A DNA stretch of 64,000 nt from Eledone cirrhosa (lineage: Eukaryota), in contig OZ024742.1 in NCBI GenBank assembly GCA_964016885.1, positions 358,174,001 to 358,238,000 on the forward strand. The letters are read 5' to 3'. Position numbers and translations under genes: made by a program. This document shows, piece by piece, positions 27,061-39,849 of this stretch. Position 1 is the stretch's first letter; the number at the start of each line of letters is the position of its first letter. The notes below the pieces were generated by a model. It was given only the letters and a program-made list of their open reading frames with translations, did not search any database and had not been told where the DNA came from.

Positions 27061-27423
27061 GGAGGCACATGGCTTAGTGGTTCGAGTATTGGCCTTGCAA
27101 TCGAAAGGTTGTGAGTTCAATTCTCAGACTGGGTGATGTGTTGTTTCCTTGAGCAAGACACTTTATTTCATATTTATTTCACATTGCTCCAGTTTACCCA
27201 GCTGTAGAAATGGGATGATAGGGACCCCAGTCCCTATCATCTCATTTCTATCATTCCACTGCAAAGTGGACGTAGAGGTGCCACGGCAAAAAAGCACCCA
27301 GCACTCACTGTAAATGAGATTGGTGTTAGGAAGGGCATCCAGCTGTAGAAATCAAGCCAGAATCAGTTCCCGTTCCACCCTTGCAAGCAGGGAAAAGCGG
27401 ACGTAAAATGATGAAGTTGATGA
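27061..27423 (+). mobile_element. tRNA-derived SINE with family-B RTE tail
   Basis: GGAGGCACATGGCTTAGTGG..GAGTTCAATTC..ACCCTTGCAAGCAGGGAAAAGCGGACGTAAAATGATG. Confidence 0.9.
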
Positions 27424-27754
27424 TATATATATATGAATATAGTTATTGAGCCGATCTGTATATATTTTATTTTATTTTATTTTATGTATATTTCGCTTGC
27501 TTCTGATTGAATTTCTCAAACAAATGTGGTATTTCAACCCTCGTAATTTTAGACACACGATTTACTGTATTTATTACTACATATATTATTGAAATGCTCA
27601 GTATTTATACTTTGATCTTGTTAATTACAGGGTATCAGTATGAGTTATTAACTCTACCTTTTATTTGAACATGTATGTACATATTTATGTACATACATAC
27701 ACACATTTTAATTTGTAATATATGTATGTAACTTTATATAAGCTTGCTTATATA

Positions 27755-27801
<47 letters not shown>

Positions 27802-27839
27802 CCATATATATATATATATATACACACAAACACAAACAC

Positions 27840-28188
27840 ATCATCAACATCATCATGATCATCATTTTACGTCCGCTTTTCCCTGCTTGCAAGGGTGGGA
27901 CGGGAACTGATTCTGGCTTGATTTCTACAGCTGGATGCCCTTTCTAACACCAACCTCATTTACAGTGAGTGCTGGGTGCTTTTTTTTCCGTGGCGCCTAC
28001 ACGACTACTTTGCAATGGAATGATAGGGACCCCAGTCCCTATCATCTCATTTCTACAGCTGAGTAAACTGGAGCAATGTGAAATAAAGTGCCTTGCTCAA
28101 GGAAACAACACATCACCCGGTCTGAGAATTGAACTCACAACCTTTCGATTGCAAGGCCGATGCTCTAACCACTAAGCCATGTGCCTCC
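27840..28188 (-). mobile_element. tRNA-derived SINE, same family, inverted
   Basis: Near-exact reverse complement of 27061-27423. Confidence 0.9.
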
Positions 28189-28579
28189 ATATATATATAT
28201 ATATTGATAATATTTGCTTCTATCTTGAGGGTTCTAAAGTAGGATAACTTAACACAAATATTGTAATTGTGGAATGTTTCAATAAATTTATTTCTGCAGA
28301 ACTTAAGAATTTTGCAGCCTCGAAGCTTCCACATTTATCTATAAGTAGTGAGCGATGGCCAAAGGACATCTCAGTGTTAATAGCATGCTGTAAAACTCAG
28401 CATAATGTAGAGTGAATATTAAACGTTCAAAGTTCATGAGAGATGTAAAGAAATGGGATATTTGTTCAGCTATGTTTCAGATATCTTCCCCTGTTGTTGA
28501 GAGCCATTTTAACTACTTCTATCTGAAAGGAAGTTGGAGGTTAAATTGAAAACATATTTTTGTGATGAATATTTGGACT

Positions 28580-29413
28580 TACTGTGAGTATGTGTGGTGT
28601 GTATATTTTGTATGTGTGTTGTGTGAGTATCTTGTGTGTGTGGCGTGGTGTGTATATCTCGTGTGTGTGTTGTGTGTGTGTGGCATAGTGTGTATATCTA
28701 GTGTGTGTGTGGTGTGGTGTGTATATCTTGTGTTTGTGTGTTGTGTATGTGTGGTGTGGTGTGTATATCTTGTATCCGTGGTGTGTGTGTTTTGTGGGTG
28801 TTGTGTGTGTGTGTTGTGTGTGTATTGTGTGTGTTGTGTGTGTGTTGTGTGTGTTGTGTGTGTGTGTTGTGTGTATGTTGTTTGTGCGTAGTGTGTTGTG
28901 TGTGTGGTGTGTGTGTGTTGTGTGGGTGGTGTGTGTGTGTTGTGTGTGTGTGTTGTGTGTGTGTTGTGTGTGTGTTGCGTGCGTGGTGTGTGTGTTTTGT
29001 GGGTGTTGTGTGTGTGTGTTGTGTGTGTATTGTGTGTGTGCCGTGTGTGTTGTGTGTGTTGTGTGTGTGTTGTGTGTGTGTTGTGTGTGTTGTGTGTGTT
29101 GTGTTTGTGTTGTGTGTGTTGTGTTTGTGTTGTGTGTGTTATGTGTGTATTGTGTGTGTTGTGTGTGTGTTGTGTGTGTGTTGTGTGTGTTGTGTGTGTG
29201 TTGTGTGTGTTGTGTGTGTTGTGTTTGTGTTGTGTGTGTTATGTGTGTATTGTCTGTGTTGTGTGTGTGTGTTGTGTGTTGTGTGTTGTGTGTGTATTGT
29301 GTGTGTGTTGTGTATGTGTTGTGTGTGTTGTGTGTGTGTTGTGTGTGAGTTGTGTGTGGTGTGTGTGTGTTGTGTGTGTTGTGTGTGTGTTGTGCGTGTG
29401 TGTGTTGTGTGTA
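28580..29413. repeat. GT-rich cryptic microsatellite ((GT)n/GTTGTGTGT)
   Basis: Direct reading; source of the spurious CV-rich ORFs. Confidence 0.95.
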
Positions 29414-29529
29414 TAATTCTCAGCGTAGAATTAATGAGAATGTGTATTTCCCCATCTCATATTCCATATATACAATATATGTTGAATATATATTTATATA
29501 TATATATATATATATAATATAAGATCAAA

Positions 29530-31400
29530 AGATGGTTAAAGGAGTTCCATGTATTTTATTATGCGCATTTCAAAAACAAACATCATCATGCAATAATATT
29601 TGTGTTTTCATCAGATAAAACAGGAGAACATGATATGAAGGCTAAAAAACACTTGTGGATAGTGCAGTTTTAAATCAACATATGAAAAGTGGTTTTAGAT
29701 TGATGTGTGATATTGGGAAAAATATTTTATTTAGAGAGGGGGGGGGGGGAAGGATGAAAAAGGGGAGGAGATGAGAGGGAGAGATGGGTGATTGAGAGAA
29801 AGAGATAGTTTTTATAACTGAGAGGAGATATATTGTTTTACATAGAGAGGTTGAAAACCGTTGGAAGATCATGTATAAATTAAAAAAATTTGAAAATTAA
29901 CGAAGGGAGGATATGTGCGAGGAAAAAATATTTTATTTAGGGAGGGGGGGGTGGAAAGGATGAAAAAAGGGGGAGGAGATGAGAGTGAAGGTGGAGAGGG
30001 AGAGATGGGTGATAGAGAGAAAGAGATAGTTTTTATAACTGAGAAAAAGATATATTGTTTTACATAGAGAGGTTGAGAACCGTTGGAAGATAATGTATAA
30101 ATTAAAGGAATTTGAAAATTAACGAAGGGAATTTATGTATGAAGATAGAGAGAAAAAATAATAATTGTGGATGAATATTCTAACGTCAAAAAAAGTGTAT
30201 GTTGATAAGTATTGTGGCAATTTCAAAATTAACGAAGAGAAAAATTATTAAGGTTTGTGTGTAGAAGGATTTGAGAAAAATAATGTGAAGTTAAAGTTTG
30301 TATATTGAAGGAATTGATAATATATGCGAATAAAGAGTTAAGATGTATTAAGAATGAGTTCGTTGATGGGGAGAAAAAATAATAAATTAAGGATGAAATT
30401 GAGATTAAAAAGATTTATGATAGAGAGAAAAAATAATAATGATTGCGGATGAATATTCTAACGTCAAAAAAACAAATGTATATGTTATGAAGGATTTTAC
30501 AAGGTGAAGATAGAATGAGGGTAATGAGTAAACAAGTATTATAGAGTGTATAATGCCCTTTAAAGTAAGGTAGGAAGATGGGTATATTTTAACGAGGTGT
30601 ATGTATATGTGCCTTTGAGAAAAGATTCTAAATTGATAAAGAATTGAATATTAACTGTATACTTTGTGAAAAGTCCTATGGAATTTATACAGGCAGATAG
30701 AAAACAAATCTGTACGTCTATTTATTATAGAATCTAGGTTAGAGATAATGGTAAATTTTTCTTTTAGGCAGAGATTACAGATTTTAGATAGAGAGCTGTT
30801 CAAGTATGTGGATGCAGAAGAAACCTTCTTCCAAAAGATGGTATATTTAATGTTTTTGTCTATCTTCAATATTTAGTTTATTCACTATGTTGTGTATTTT
30901 GTTGTTGATGTTGGTGAGTGACGCATTATTAGTTTTTCTATAATTTTTCCTGAGTTCTTTATATATGAACTCATTGTAATTTTCAACATCCATGTGATAT
31001 AAGTTTCCAGTTTTGTCCGAGTGGACATGGATTTTTTATACTTTTTTAGGTCCAATAGGGTAGAATCAAAGTCCTTTTGAAAGATAGATTTATACTTCTT
31101 AAATTTGAGGTGTTTAATTAAGTTAAAAAGTCTTTCTCAAAATCTTCAAGTAGAGAGTTGTGTGGTGGATTCTTGTAAGTAGTGAAATCATACATATATT
31201 TCCTATCTGTATATTTAGATTTTTTATCGAAGTGGTAGGCCCTCCATCTAACTCTTCTGATAAATTGGTTAGTTTTCTGTATCATAAGGAGTAAGAAGTC
31301 ATCCTCAGAAGGTATTGGTATATTCGTTAAAGAAGTTCCCAAGTATTGTTTTTCCATTGTGATATGGATAATGGACAAGAGAAAGAGCTCAACTAAATGT
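29530..31400 (-). mobile_element. Internally deleted Penelope-like element (N-terminus, DKT motif, GIY-YIG C-terminus, no RT)
   Basis: SLTNIPIP..IQK..RRVRWRAYHF..NPP..LEDFEKD (31378-31118); HSDKTGNLY (~31030-31000); W....A..Y......CNLCLKEK..I...IINRRTD (30869-30651); hammerhead in 3' region. Confidence 0.75.
29546..29626 (-). ncRNA. Type I hammerhead ribozyme downstream of the Penelope-like ORF remnant
   Basis: GUUUUAU-CUGAUGA(29614-08)-AAA-c-ACAAAUAUU../..GAUGUUUGU-u-UUU-GAAA-UGCGCA-UA-AUAAAAU. Confidence 0.82.
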
Positions 31401-31974
31401 ATATGGAGTTATAAAATCATACATATATATGTATATACATAAATATAAAATTAACACACATATACAATACAAAAATAAGAATATTTCCGTGAAAATAGGA
31501 GCAAATTATGTAGATAAATCTACCAAAAGTTTACGGTAGTGTCCAATCCGTATGAAGAACTCAATGTAATCCGGATATCATGGAAAGAAGAGGTGCATTC
31601 AAAAATCACTTTCGGTGAAAGATAAACGGAATACAGAGTCAAGATAAAATATTAAAAAAATAATGAATAAAACAAAGAAACAAACAGTTCCTTATATTAA
31701 ACAAAAAAAGTTCATTATTTAACGATCGTTTCTAGGACATATATGTGTTAGAATTGGCATGCATATTCAAAAGATCTATGTACAAAATTATACAAACTAT
31801 CAAGGAGAATATACATACCAGAAATAAGAATATAGAATATGATATGACCTGGAGTGTGCTCAAAAGAGCCACCCCTTATCAAAATAATAGAAATGAATGT
31901 AGATTATGTTCCCAAGAACTATTTGAAATAATGAAATCTAAGGATATCCTATTAAATAAGCGACAGGAATTAAT

Positions 31975-32900
31975 TATATCGTGTAATCATAAACTGAGAA
32001 AAACATTTAAATATTATAAACCTAATTAATAATATATATTTTAGAAATTAATATATAAATTAATTTAAATGTAGTTAACCTATAATTTAATTAAAAATCT
32101 ACTACAGATGAAATTAAAAAATATCGTGTAATCATAAACTGTGAAAAACTTTTAAATATTATTAACATAATTAATATATACTTTGGAAATTAATATATAG
32201 ATTAATTTTAGTTTATTTAACCTTTTATTAAAATTCCTTTACATATGAAATATAACAAAATATCGTGTAATCAATAACAGAGAAATACTTTTTAATATTA
32301 TAAACCTAATTAATATACAATTTAGAAATTAATTTATAAATTATTTTTAATTTAGTTAACCTATAATTTTAATTTAGTTAGCTTAAAATTAAAATTCTAA
32401 AACAGATGGATTGCAGAATATCGTGTAATCATAAACTGAGAAAAACTTTTAAATATATACATAATTAATATATTCTTTACAAATAAATATATAGATTAAT
32501 TTTAATTTAGTTAACCTATAATTATATTCTACTATAGATAAAATACAAAATTTTGCTTTAATTATTATAAACCTAATTAACATATACTATAGAAATTAAT
32601 ATATAATTTTTAATTTAGTTAACCTATAATTAATATTCTACTACCGATGAAATACTTAATTTGGCTTTCCCTATTACAAAATTCATTTCCTAAAATTGAT
32701 ACCATCATATTAATATTTTTAATTTAGTTATGCTATAATTAATACTCTACTACTGTTTAACTTCAAAATTCCGCTTTAAATATTATAAACCTAAGTAGTA
32801 TACACCTTAGAAATTAATATATTGACTATTTTTACTTTAATTAACCTATAATTAATAGTCTACTTATATTAAAATGCATAATTTAGCCTTCTTTCTTACA
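31975..32900 (+). repeat. Degenerating ~140-155 bp AT-rich tandem repeat derived from the Penelope ORF end
   Basis: ATATCGTGTAATCA at ~31976, 32121, 32260 and 32418, then decaying copies. Confidence 0.8.
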
Positions 32901-33039
32901 AATACCATTTCCTAATACTGACACTACTATGTAAACACATATTATGATTTAAATGCAGATTAATATTCTATGTTCCTTGAAACCTATATTTACTATTTCC
33001 CACTAATAATTTTAATCTCCCCCCCCCCCATAATTATTC

Positions 33040-33150
33040 GTATTTGTAAGCGTGGATGTATGTATGTGTATGTAAGTATGTATGTATGTTTTGTGTGTTT
33101 GTATGTGAGTATAAAAATACATATGTGCGCATGTAAATAAGTGTGTATGA

Positions 33151-33200
<50 letters not shown>

Positions 33201-33283
33201 GTGTATGTATGTATATGTATTTGTAGAGATGTGTGTATGTATGTGTATATATGTGCATAATTGTCTGACTGTGTGTATTTATT

Positions 33284-33359
<76 letters not shown>

Positions 33360-33581
33360 ATGTATGTCTCTATATTTATGTATGTCTGAGTGTGTGTGGT
33401 TGTGTGTATATATACATGGGTATGTCTGTGTATGTGTATATATATGTATATGTATGTGTGTGTGTGTACATATATGTGTGTATATATATGTGTGTATATA
33501 TATATGTATATGTATATATATATATATGTGTATGTATGTGTGTATGTGTGTGTACATATATGTATATATGTGTGTTGTGTG

Positions 33582-33629
<48 letters not shown>

Positions 33630-34026
33630 TGTGTATTTATATGTATGAGTATATGTTTTACTTTTTTTTATGTATATGCATACAAACAGGTTAATATGCG
33701 TGAGGTTAAGTATGTGTATGTGTGTGTGTATGTATGTATGTATGTATCGAACGTATGGATGTGTAAATGTGTGTATGTATATAAGCATGTATATTTTATG
33801 TCTCTCTTTTATGTTTTTTTATGTTTTTATTATATTTCTTTTATTATATTTCTTTTTATTTCTAAATTTATAGATACATTTTTATAAATATGCTGAGTCT
33901 GACACTCTCCTTAAATTACTTACTCCCTTACCTCCTTTTAATTCTGCATCTAGATGTAAGTGTGTGTGGCCGTGTTTATGTGTGCGCGCCTCAATATCCA
34001 TATAGTTATAATAATAATATATACGT

Positions 34027-34058
<32 letters not shown>

Positions 34059-34170
34059 GTGTTCGTAGGTATGTGTGTGTTTATGTATATATGCGTGTGT
34101 GTGTATGAATGTATGTATATGTGTGTATATATGTATGTATATATATATGTATATGTATGTATATTTTGTC
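33040..34170. repeat. (TA)/(TG)/(TATG) microsatellite block
   Basis: Direct reading. Confidence 0.9.
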
Positions 34171-34411
34171 TGTGGATTATAAACATACAGAGACATTAGC
34201 CCTAAATTTTTATATTTACATACACTTTTTCGACATGCGTATGCATGTGAACATACATTTTTATGCATATCTGTGAACGAGGTTACTTACATATATACAC
34301 ACACCTAACTGTATTTTCTTGATGAATTTTTATGTATTTCATTGGTCTATTTAAAATCTGTTCCCAAACAGACCTGTAATTTTGAATTGTTGTTATTATC
34401 AATAAATATAC

Positions 34412-34554
34412 TTCATTATTTCTGAAGACAGCATATATATGTGATGGTATGTATATTCTCCTTGATAGTTTGTATAATTTTGTACATAGATCTTTTGAAT
34501 ATGTATGCCAATTCTAACACATATATGTCCTAGAAACGATCGTTAAATAATGAA
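34412..34554 (+). ncRNA. Type I hammerhead with long helix II and ~74 nt loop II
   Basis: Helix I UUCAUUAUUU/AAAUAAUGAA (10 bp); CUGAAGA 34422-28; helix II 34429-43/34518-32; GAAA 34533-36; palindromic ACGAUCGU; GUU site after 34544. Confidence 0.75.
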
Positions 34555-37500
34555 CTTTTTTTGTTTAATATAAGGAACTGTTTCTTTGTTTTATTCATTA
34601 TTTTTTTAATATTTTATATATATGTATATATAAACATACACTGTAAGTCTTTAATATACAATATGCATTGGATAGAATGATTTATGGTGTAAATTTTAGT
34701 CCACTGCTCCCTGACTTCAAAGTCTCATCAAGTTCATGTTTGCCTTTTCTCCTTTCGAGGTCAATAAAAAAAGTAGCAGTCTAGTACTGGGGTTGATTCT
34801 TCTTCTATATCTCTTTCTCACTTCCATTCTCTCTTACTTTTTATCCTTCTCTGGAAGAAACCTGCTTTGTTCAGACCTGGAAAGGGATGGGCTCTACCAA
34901 GTTTAAAATACCCAAGAAATGCCATATGTTACTAACACTGAGTGTTACAGGACCAAGAAGAAGAAGAAGAAGGCTGCTGTTTCTAGCATGTTGAACAACT
35001 GCATAGACACTCCCTTCTAGGATTGTGTTATTAGCTATGGACTATTGGAAAGATTTCTGCCTAGATAAACATATATGAAGGAATATTACAGTTCACTGGA
35101 AGTTAATTAATTATTAAGAATATCTCATATAGATTGGGGTTGACATCTGGAAAGATAATGATTTTACGGATAATTCTTGTATTATCAGAAGAATGTGGGT
35201 ATTTGTGATAGAAGCCTTCTTATTGGTAGGAGTGAGAATGATATTATATTTTGACAATATATAAGATAAGAGACTTTTAAAATTTCATATTACCAAAAAA
35301 AACAATGTTTGTGTGAGAGATAAATAAAGATAAACAATTCCCAGAGTAGTTTTTCCTAAACTAAATATTCTGTAATACATGATTTTCTCACTGATCTCCA
35401 TATTTATATGGAGTAACACATGATTGAAGTGTAAAACATCTCTATAATGATGTCTTCACAATAACACATTTGAGGTTTGTTAGGGTACACTGTCTACTGT
35501 TAATCTATGTTAGTTGGCTACACTCCTCCCTTTCTGTCTCATCTACCTCCTCCTCCTCCTACTCCTACTCCACCTCACTCTACTCCTCCTCCTCCATTCA
35601 TCTGTTTCTCTATACCTGTAATTATGAACTCGGTCTCCTCTACCACACTCTCCTGCTATTTATATGCACTTCTTTGTCATCTCCTGTCCCCTGAGATCAG
35701 CTCTTATTCCCCCCACCCTCTCTTTCTGGGGGCCACCTCTCCAGCAGATTTATTCTACTTACCTCCCTTGGAATTTTCTTATAAAACCCTTATTCGTTAT
35801 ATACAGTTTTTTTTTATATTACAAAAAAGAAAAAAATTAGTACAAAATGTCACAAAATTAGAATCAATAAATTGGTGATATTGATTTCTTACATCATCAG
35901 CAGACTGTAAATAGAGTAAAGCAGATTGATGACATGTCCTATATGTCTAATACTTATTTACCTGGGGGTCAGGAAATCCAAATCTATCCCAGAGAGAATT
36001 CAGCAGAGATCCCATAGTGTGATATAATGAAAGTTAGCAATACAGTTACTCAAGTCCTCTGCTAGTTCTCTAACCTCCCTCCTGACATCTGAACGAGTGA
36101 TTTCTCCTACCAACTAACTTACCCTCCACCTCTGGGTCTTGGTTAATAGCATGGAGAAGATATTGTCTCAGAAGACGGCGAGAGAAATGCCCTAAAACAG
36201 CCATCCAACTTGCAAGGCTCGCACTGGCAGGTAGCCAACTCTGCTCCAATAGCTTCTAATTTAGACGCAAGTCTAGCAATTTTGTTGGGTGGCGGAGTCA
36301 ATTAAATCAAATGGTTTTATAATTTATTGACCCAGAAAGCATGAAAAGGCACAATTGCCCTCAGTCAGATTTGAACTCACAATGTAAAGAGCTGGAATAA
36401 ATTCCATATGGTATTCTGTCCAATCCCAAATCATGTTAATAACATTAAGGGTTATATAAAATCTGGGAAAGAGCTATAATGTATATGTAATATAGTAATA
36501 ATTCAACCCTTTAGTATTTACATTACTCTATATATACTATTGTATTTTCATGGTAAAGTCTTTACCTCACATAATTATCTCACATAATATTGAATCTATG
36601 AGATTTTGTTATTTATTTTGAAAACAATACCTTAACGTCGGTATGAGTGGCCAGTTATGACCAATTTGAACAGAAAGAGATGAGAGAATTCTGGTTGGAT
36701 ATGGCCGGTTTAAATGCTAAAGGGTTAAATCAGTAACAAACATTGTAATCACAATTAAAATAAATGATCCCACTTGATTAATAGATAATAGCTTTAGGAA
36801 AAATAAATTATATTTGTCTCTGCTGTGACCTTTAGTGCTTACTTGTACTGCAGGTGCAAGAAGGAGGACTTATTTACAAACCAAGCTTTGTAAGCCCCCT
36901 TTTTTGCTTGGACAGCATATTTGACCTTGTGCTGCTTCTTCTCCAAATTGATATATCACAGATCCGATACTATAAGCATGTGGTTAGAATGTCTCAGGAA
37001 AGAATCACTGGGCAGATTTTATTGGCAAAACCAACAGGAGATGCAGGGACAGAACCTAAGCAAGATGGTTGGATAACATCTGTGAGTTTGGCTGGTCTTG
37101 CTTGAGGATCTAGCCAGATTAAGTGGGGAAGGTTGCTTCTGACAGGACCCACTGGAAGGAGTACTTGAGGACTCTACGCCCATGACCCTCTCAAGAATAA
37201 GTGGGCAAAGAAGTTTTATCCTGTAGTCTTTCTTTAGCTGAACAACATGAAAGGAAATATTTTATGTTGAACAAACAAAAACTTATGATTAATAAACATT
37301 TTTGCTCCTACCTTACAGAATTTGAGGCCTTCTGCATAAGTTAATAATCAATATTTCAAATAAGACAATAGAATATTGAACTAAATACATTATAGTATTT
37401 TATTTCATACTTCTTAGTTTTAATTTCACATTTCATTTGTTTTCTATTTCTCCAGGGTTGATAAAATATGCAGATGTTATATATCAATCTGTTATACACA

Positions 37501-38124
37501 CCATTGTTCAACAATAAGTCTTGTGTAACAATTAGAAATCAATATTAGAATTAATTATTTGATGGCAATATTAGTATTGGTAAAATAATTAATTATTAAT
37601 TTAATAGCAGCCATTTTGACACAATTTTCAACTATTATCACAACTATATTACCAACTTGAAGGTAATTCAAATACCCTTGTGTTCAGTAAATATTTTATG
37701 TTCTTGTATTATAAATCAGTTAATTACATGTCAACATGAAGTCAAAAATACACAGTTTAATTACACATATATTGTTGTTTTCTTTTTCATAAAGTATATT
37801 TCAATATTTATAAATTTATATAATAGCGATTCATAAAGAGTAAAATGTAAGAAAAATATTATTAAAACATTATAAATCTATGGCAGTGGTGTACAGGGCG
37901 TAACTAGGGTGTACCGAGCATGGCTCAGGCTCTGGCTGACACAAGAAGATGGGCACCACTTGAACTAGGAGCACTTTCTATTCAAGTGAGATAACCTATC
38001 ATCAGAGAGTGAGATGTATGATCTGTGATTATCATGGATGAGAAACACTATGATGGCTGCATCATTAAACTATTTATATGAATTATTATGTCCGTAGTTA
38101 AAAATACAGTGTTGGGCAAGGGCG

Positions 38125-38552
38125 TGTAGTAAGAGTTGCCTCCCCTGCCACGACAATCGAATCGCTGTTCTCTAGACAGGAAGTAGGTGGAGTTGCTTCC
38201 CTTTGGGATTGACCAAACTCCCTAGTGGTCACTTCCGGTCAACAGAGATAAAAGGAGTGATTAACCGCGAAATCTCTCTCTCGCCTCCTGATTCCTGAAG
38301 TGGTAACATCTTCGACCATAGCTGGTGATTCTTTCTGGACGACCCTTTCGTTACCAGCACAATGCAGCTCACCAGCCTGAGATGAGAGCGCCAAGACATT
38401 TTCTACCAACTTCACAATCGTATTATTGCCATCGGGTAACAACCCTTTACATTATACACCTTTGACTTCTATGAAGTAAAACTTTATCACACACACCAGT
38501 ACTCTTTGTCTTTTATATTATGTTGCATGTGCACCGATATCTATTTCCTAAA
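38125..38552 (+). repeat. 5' LTR
   Basis: TGTAGTAAGAG...TTTCCTAAA; 2 differences seen versus the 3' LTR. Confidence 0.95.
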
Positions 38553-38553
38553 G

Positions 38554-38571
38554 TGGTGACCCCGACGTGAT
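38554..38571 (+). promoter_or_regulatory. Primer-binding site, tRNA-Trp
   Basis: TGGTGACCCCGACGTGAT, the 18-nt tRNA-Trp PBS known from avian sarcoma/leukosis viruses. Confidence 0.85.
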
Positions 38572-39043
38572 ATTATTATTTTTTTTTTTTCAATGGGAAA
38601 TGGTATACGGTGTATCTGATATGATATAAGACACAAACAAAAAAAAAAAATAGAAAAAAGAGAAAAATATAACACCTACAATTATTGACAGGCAGACAAA
38701 CCACAATTCTATAAATGTTTTCACCATTCTCTTTTCTCTCCTTTTTCTGCCTTTCGCTTCTCTCGCAAAAAAATAATTTTTATGAGGATGACAAGATGGA
38801 GTCTCTCTTCTCTTTAAATAGTGTTTTGGCGCGAAATAGTCCGCCATGTTGGATTTTTTTTTTTGTTGAGTTTTTAGGTCCCCCGAAATTAACGTAGATA
38901 ACAGCATTCAAGTAATCGCTTGTTCGCACACTGTCCCGGATGCATTAGTTTTCCGGTTCAGTGCTCTGACGAAAGATTTTAGTTTCCATTTACTGTTACC
39001 TTAGAGACATTTTTTCCATACGGTAGATCACTACGGCATACCA

Positions 39044-39838
39044 ATGGCTTCCCACTCTGTTCTGCCAACGTACACGGGCGACGTAAGGTTGTGGTTCTCG
39101 CAATTAGAAGCTTTCTTCAGGGCGAACAGAGTCGACGAGGAACTACAGCATTCTGTGGTCCTCAGTGCCATTCCGCCGGCAATTCTCCCAGCGGTCAAGG
39201 ACCTCGTGTTGGAGGCAACGACAGAGTCGTCGTACGCGTCTCTGAAGGCTGAAATACTCAGCCGGACAGAACAGTCGTCAGAGAGGAGATTTAGGGCTCT
39301 GGTCCACCTGGAGCACATAGGGGATGGCACACCATCGAACCTCCTTAGGCGGATGAAGGACCTAACGGAGGGGTCTGCAGCGGAAACTGCCCTGCTGAAG
39401 CAGTTGTTCTTTTCGCGCCTGCCGACGAACGTACAGGCAATTTTGGCCCCCATGAGGGATTCGAGCTCGGTTGAGCAGCTTGCCTCATCGGCGGGCAAGA
39501 TATTCGAGGTGACGAATGCCGGAGACAGCGACCCCCTCGCCGCTGTTCAACACCCAGCTCGGGCCACACACGGCCATGCGATCTACGCGGCAGCACCAAC
39601 AGATAGCTTGGCTATCATTGCGATGCAAAGGTCTATTCAGGAGCTCACCATGGAGCTCCACAAGATGAAGGCCTTGTGTCGTGGCTGTTCGCGCTCCCGC
39701 AGTCGCGGGAGATCGCAAAGTTTCAGACGGCGGTCCAAATCACCTGGTTCAGCCTTATGCTGGTACCACGAGCGATTCGCGGAGAACACGAAGCACTGCG
39801 TGCAACCTTGCTCCTATCATAAGGCGGGAAACGCTTAA
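39044..39838 (+). CDS. gag: Gag, 264 aa
   Basis: [11 protein letters not shown]-terminus, RSRSR basic tract, CWYHxxF..C..PC C-terminus typical of invertebrate Gypsy Gag. Confidence 0.9.
   Translation: MASHSVLPTYTGDVRLWFSQLEAFFRANRVDEELQHSVVLSAIPPAILPAVKDLVLEATTESSYASLKAEILSRTEQSSERRFRALVHLEHIGDGTPSNLLRRMKDLTEGSAAETALLKQLFFSRLPTNVQAILAPMRDSSSVEQLASSAGKIFEVTNAGDSDPLAAVQHPARATHGHAIYAAAPTDSLAIIAMQRSIQELTMELHKMKALCRGCSRSRSRGRSQSFRRRSKSPGSALCWYHERFAENTKHCVQPCSYHKAGNA
39826..39832 (+). promoter_or_regulatory. -1 ribosomal frameshift heptamer G GGA AAC
   Basis: In gag phase two codons before the TAA; the -1 frame is open (GKRLRGPLM) into pol. Confidence 0.8.
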
Positions 39839-39849
39839 GAGGTCCTCTG

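Larger units (their letters stand above)
31644..34617 (+). mobile_element. 5'-truncated Penelope-like element with an inverted terminal copy
   Basis: GIY-YIG C-terminus W..LKRATPY..CRLCSQELFEI..LLNKRQEL..SCNH (31820-32029); 31644-31820 is the reverse complement of 34445-34617; hammerhead at 34412. Confidence 0.75.

Noticed and set aside
35880-35902. Minus-strand CTGATGA-TGTAA-GAAA
   Set aside because: No helix I, II or III pairing
38239-38442. 67-aa antisense ORF in both LTRs
   Set aside because: Duplicated only because the LTRs are; no recognisable motif
38966-38990. CTGACGAAAG in the Gypsy leader
   Set aside because: No downstream GAAA or helices
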